A stretch of 64,000 nt of DNA from positions 2,656,001 through 2,720,000 of the forward strand of contig OZ241744.1 in NCBI GenBank assembly GCA_965200965.1, in the 5' to 3' direction. Under the pieces are notes generated by a model. That model had not been told where the DNA came from. It did no database searches and saw only the letters and a list, made by a program, of their open reading frames with translations. A program made the position numbers and the translations under genes. Positions 60,948-64,000 of this stretch are shown here, piece by piece (the stretch's first letter is position 1; each line of letters starts with the position of its first letter). Source of the DNA: an uncultured Candidatus Binatia bacterium. Its GTDB lineage: Bacteria > Desulfobacterota > Binatia > Bin18.

Positions 60948-61607
60948 ATGGTCAGCCAGCGCACCATCCCTAGCGTATTTCGCATCCTGCGGCGCGAGGT
61001 ACCGGGCTGGAACGCCCCGGTTGTCACCCACATGGCTGCTCTGTCGCGCGATCCCTACCAGGTACTCATTGCCTGCCTGCTCAGCCTGCGGACCAAAGAC
61101 GAAACCACCGGCCCAGCCGCCCGGCGGCTCTTCTCGCTGGCCGACACGCCCGAGCAGATGCTGCGCCTGGCACCCGAGCAGATCGAACGCGCCATCTATC
61201 CGGTCGGCTTCTATAAAACCAAGGTTCAGACCGTCCTTGACGTGTCGCGGCGGCTTGTCAACGAATACGGCGGGCATGTCCCGGATGAGATTAACGAGCT
61301 GCTGCGCTTCAAAGGAGTAGGCCGCAAGACGGCCAATCTGGTCCTGACCCAAGGTTTTCGGCGACTCGGTATCTGTGTCGATACCCACGTCCACCGGATA
61401 TCAAACCGCTGGGGCTATGTCTGCACCAAAACGCCCGAACAGACCGAGATGGCCCTCCGCCAAAAACTTCCCAAACAATACTGGATCGAGATCAACGATC
61501 ACCTCGTCGCGCTGGGCCAAACCATCTGCCACCCGACCTCGCCCCGGTGCAGCCAGTGTCCGCTGGAACGCTCCTGTGCCAAGCTGGGGGTTGTACGCAG
61601 CCGCTGA
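60948..61607 (+). CDS. nth: Endonuclease III
   Basis: GVGRKTAN HhH, VDTHVHRI, C-x6-C-x2-C-x5-C Fe-S motif. Confidence 0.95.
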   Translation: MVSQRTIPSVFRILRREVPGWNAPVVTHMAALSRDPYQVLIACLLSLRTKDETTGPAARRLFSLADTPEQMLRLAPEQIERAIYPVGFYKTKVQTVLDVSRRLVNEYGGHVPDEINELLRFKGVGRKTANLVLTQGFRRLGICVDTHVHRISNRWGYVCTKTPEQTEMALRQKLPKQYWIEINDHLVALGQTICHPTSPRCSQCPLERSCAKLGVVRSR

Positions 61608-62836
61608 CCCCTCCGCTTCGGTCCGTCTCTCCGCGTACCAAGCTGGTGTGGGTCGGCCTGCTGTATTTTGCCCAGGGGCTGCCTTTTGGGCTGCTGTTTG
61701 AGACCTGCGCGGTCTACTTTCGCACCCACGGTTTGAGCCTCACCGAGATTGGGCTGATCAGCTTGGCCGGCCTGCCCTGGACATGCAAGTTTCTATGGGC
61801 ACCAGCCGTTGATGTGTGGGGACACCGGCGGACCTGGATTGTGGCCTGCCAGGGCCTCCTGGGGCTGGAATTATGTCTGCTGCTGGTGTCTGACCCGACC
61901 CGGATGAACGGCCTGAGCTGGCTGCTGCTGCTCACCTTCGCTTTTGTGGCCGCCACCCAGGACATTGCCATTGATGCGTATACGATTGAACTCCTCAACG
62001 AAGAGGAGTTGGGTCCGGCCAATGGCATCCGGGTCACGACCTATCGGCTGGCCCTGATTTTTGCCGGTGGGCTGGTGGTAGCGCTGGCCGGCCTGATCGG
62101 CTGGCGAGCCGCCTTTGGGTGTGCCGCGGTCCTGCTTGCCGCGCTGGCGCTGTTGACTACCCGGGCTCCCGAGACGAAAAAACCCGGTCCGCCAACGGCC
62201 GGCTGGGGAGCCCAACTCCGACGCGGCTTCGTTGGACCCTTGCAGAGCTTCTGGCAGCGTCCCGGCGTGGTCCATGTCCTGCTCTTTGTGCTGAGCTTCA
62301 AGCTGGGCGATATGGCCCTCGGGCCGATGGTGCGTCCCTTCTGGGTTGATCGGGCTTTTACGCCTGTCGAGATTGGAGCGGTGCCCGGGACGCTTGGGGT
62401 GGTGGCGACCATTGTGGGAGCGCTGCTCGGCGGCAGACTCACCCAACGCTGGGGATTGTTTCGCGCCCTGTGGACCCTCGGTGCCGTTCAGGCCGCCTCC
62501 AACCTGGTCTACGCCGCCGCGGCCGCCCTGCCGCCGTCCACGCCGCTGATGTACGCCGCCTCGGTCGTCGAATCTCTGTGTGGCGGGCTGGGGACCGCAC
62601 CGTTTCTGGCTTTCCTGATGCGCGTGTGTGACAAGACCCGCGCCGCCACCCAGTACGCGCTGCTGAGCGCCATCTTTGGCCTCAGCCGGTCGGTCTCCGG
62701 CGCGTTTTCCGGGGTGTTAGCCCACAGCCTTGGCTATCCGGTGTATTTCACCGCGACCTTTTTCCTGGCCTGGCCGGCGTTTGTGCTCTTGCCGTGGGTG
62801 CGAAAGTGGATTAGGCAGGAGGGGACTAAGGAATAA
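61604..62836 (+). CDS. AmpG-like MFS permease (start uncertain, possibly CTG overlapping the nth stop)
   Basis: YFAQGLPFG, KFLWAP, ATQDIAIDAY, FKLGD, ATQYALL. Confidence 0.88.
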   Translation: MTPPLRSVSPRTKLVWVGLLYFAQGLPFGLLFETCAVYFRTHGLSLTEIGLISLAGLPWTCKFLWAPAVDVWGHRRTWIVACQGLLGLELCLLLVSDPTRMNGLSWLLLLTFAFVAATQDIAIDAYTIELLNEEELGPANGIRVTTYRLALIFAGGLVVALAGLIGWRAAFGCAAVLLAALALLTTRAPETKKPGPPTAGWGAQLRRGFVGPLQSFWQRPGVVHVLLFVLSFKLGDMALGPMVRPFWVDRAFTPVEIGAVPGTLGVVATIVGALLGGRLTQRWGLFRALWTLGAVQAASNLVYAAAAALPPSTPLMYAASVVESLCGGLGTAPFLAFLMRVCDKTRAATQYALLSAIFGLSRSVSGAFSGVLAHSLGYPVYFTATFFLAWPAFVLLPWVRKWIRQEGTKE

Positions 62837-62934
62837 ACCAACCGCAAAGATGAAGAGTCCACGGCTAATGCGGTGAATGAATTGTTGAGCGGGCTTGACC
62901 ACAATGCAACGGTTATTAACTGATCTCGGAATTG

Positions 62935-63474
62935 CTATGCCCCGCCCCTGCCTCTTCGCCTCCCCCTGAATAGGTCGTGGGGGAGAGACCTGCCCCAAAT
63001 CAGCCTTCCCGTCTGGGCGACATAGGCCAGCGGTATCTTCGGATTGTTGATGTCCTTGCCGCCATCGTTGTGCCACTTCGCTTCCCAGTTCACATAAAAC
63101 TCTTCCATATCATCGGTCGTCATCAGGTAGATCGCAAGCAGTTCAATGTCCTGATATACCGCGAAGATCCACGGGACTTGGCGATACTTCTTGATAATCG
63201 TGGGATTCATGTGATGGTGGGTCGAGAAACTTTTGGTTAGATTGATGTTGACCGACTTCATCTCGTATTCCGTACCGCTGTTGTCGCGCGCGTCGTTGCC
63301 TTCACGTTCCGGGATATTGCTCAGGCTGAGGAAGAGCAGGACCTGTAAGGTCTTGCCCCCGTTGTCCTGAAAGATATCCCTGATACCGTGGCGGGTAGCG
63401 AGTTCCTGGTATCGGCGGATCGCGGGCCAAAGGATGTTCAATTCATCGGCATCAGGATGCGGTTCAAACTTCAT
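62935..63474 (-). CDS. PvuII-like Type II restriction endonuclease
   Basis: [38 protein letters not shown]; closely resembles R.PvuII as recalled. Confidence 0.92.
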   Translation of the reverse strand: MKFEPHPDADELNILWPAIRRYQELATRHGIRDIFQDNGGKTLQVLLFLSLSNIPEREGNDARDNSGTEYEMKSVNINLTKSFSTHHHMNPTIIKKYRQVPWIFAVYQDIELLAIYLMTTDDMEEFYVNWEAKWHNDGGKDINNPKIPLAYVAQTGRLIWGRSLPHDLFRGRRRGRGGA

Positions 63475-63695
63475 TCCGCCTCCCGCAGTAGGTCCATAGG
63501 AGACATCTCAAGCGCGGTGGCAATGCGCTCAATGTTGTCAAGCGAGATATTACGTTCGCCTCTCTCGACCGAACCGATATAGGTGCGGTGGAGCCCGCAG
63601 GCGTCTGCAAGTCCCTCTTGGGAGAAGCCGCGTTTCACCCGCTCTCGGCGCATATTCTTGGCAAAGCGCGTTCGCAGGTCTCGGGTGGTTTTCAC
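63471..63695 (-). CDS. R-M controller (C) protein, XRE HTH
   Basis: [29 protein letters not shown]; overlaps the REase start. Confidence 0.92.
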   Translation of the reverse strand: MKTTRDLRTRFAKNMRRERVKRGFSQEGLADACGLHRTYIGSVERGERNISLDNIERIATALEMSPMDLLREAE

Positions 63696-63717
63696 GCTTC
63701 AGAAAAAGCCTGTTGCA

Positions 63718-63743
63718 GCCGATGCGTCTACATTCTATAAGTA
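63718..63743 (-). promoter_or_regulatory. Degenerate C-box operator
   Basis: Minus strand TACT-TAT-AGAA-TGTA-GACG-CAT-CGGC, same layout as GACT-N3-AGTC-TGTA-GACT-N3-AGTC. Confidence 0.6.
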
Positions 63744-63748
63744 GCGAT

Positions 63749-64000
63749 ATGATACCAGCTTACTCAACCGAACTCGGACGCGCCTATGTCGGGGATTCTC
63801 TTGACCTGCTTCCACGGCTCGCTGACGACAGTATTAACCTTGTCATCACCAGTCCACCTTTTTCCCTCCAACGGAAGAAGGAATACGGCAACAAAGCGCA
63901 ACACCAGTATGTTGATTGGTTGGCGGAGTTTGCGCAGTTCGTCTTTTCGAAGCTGACTCAGGACGGCAGCTTTGTGATGGACATTGGTGGCTCGTATGAG
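63749..64000 (+). CDS. N4-cytosine (beta class) DNA methyltransferase, M.PvuII-like, truncated by the window end
   Basis: MIPAYSTELGRAYVGDSLDLL...INLVITSPPFSLQRKKEYGN; divergent from C-R. Confidence 0.92.
   Translation, partial: MIPAYSTELGRAYVGDSLDLLPRLADDSINLVITSPPFSLQRKKEYGNKAQHQYVDWLAEFAQFVFSKLTQDGSFVMDIGGSYE

Noticed and set aside
62837-62925. Possible gene-end fragment (KDEESTANAVNELLSGLDHNATVIN*) at the R-M boundary
   Set aside because: Too short, no start and no recognisable family

Overview
A GC-rich bacterial chromosome segment containing the replication origin (dnaA-oriC-dnaN-gyrB-gyrA). The split F0 atp cluster and gene content suggest a deltaproteobacterial-type lineage; Binatia-like is a guess, not established. 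Housekeeping genes include cysND, bamD, recA-cinA-pgpA, glcDEF, asd, atpZIBE, hemL, ssb, ggt, nth and tRNA-Arg(CCT). There are also many catabolic enzymes, a decaying accessory patch at the recA 3' end, and a PvuII-like restriction-modification system at the right edge. Main observations: (1) a sulfur-relay operon whose two MoeB/ThiF genes have complementary defects, one keeping the ATP pocket but lacking the RYSRQ arginine finger and the other the reverse, suggesting a heterodimeric bacterial E1 like eukaryotic NAE1-UBA3/SAE1-SAE2; (2) a PD-(D/E)xK nuclease fused to SeqA-like domain(s); (3) an ungapped 82-bp DnaA-box module shared by the dnaA and ATP-synthase F0 upstream regions; (4) nine perfect DnaA boxes in an 11-bp tandem array at oriC; (5) a selenocysteine peroxiredoxin that the ORF track misses; (6) a 90-bp recA 3'-end direct repeat bounding a 1-kb integrase-less cassette. 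All family calls are by eye from motifs; no searches were run.
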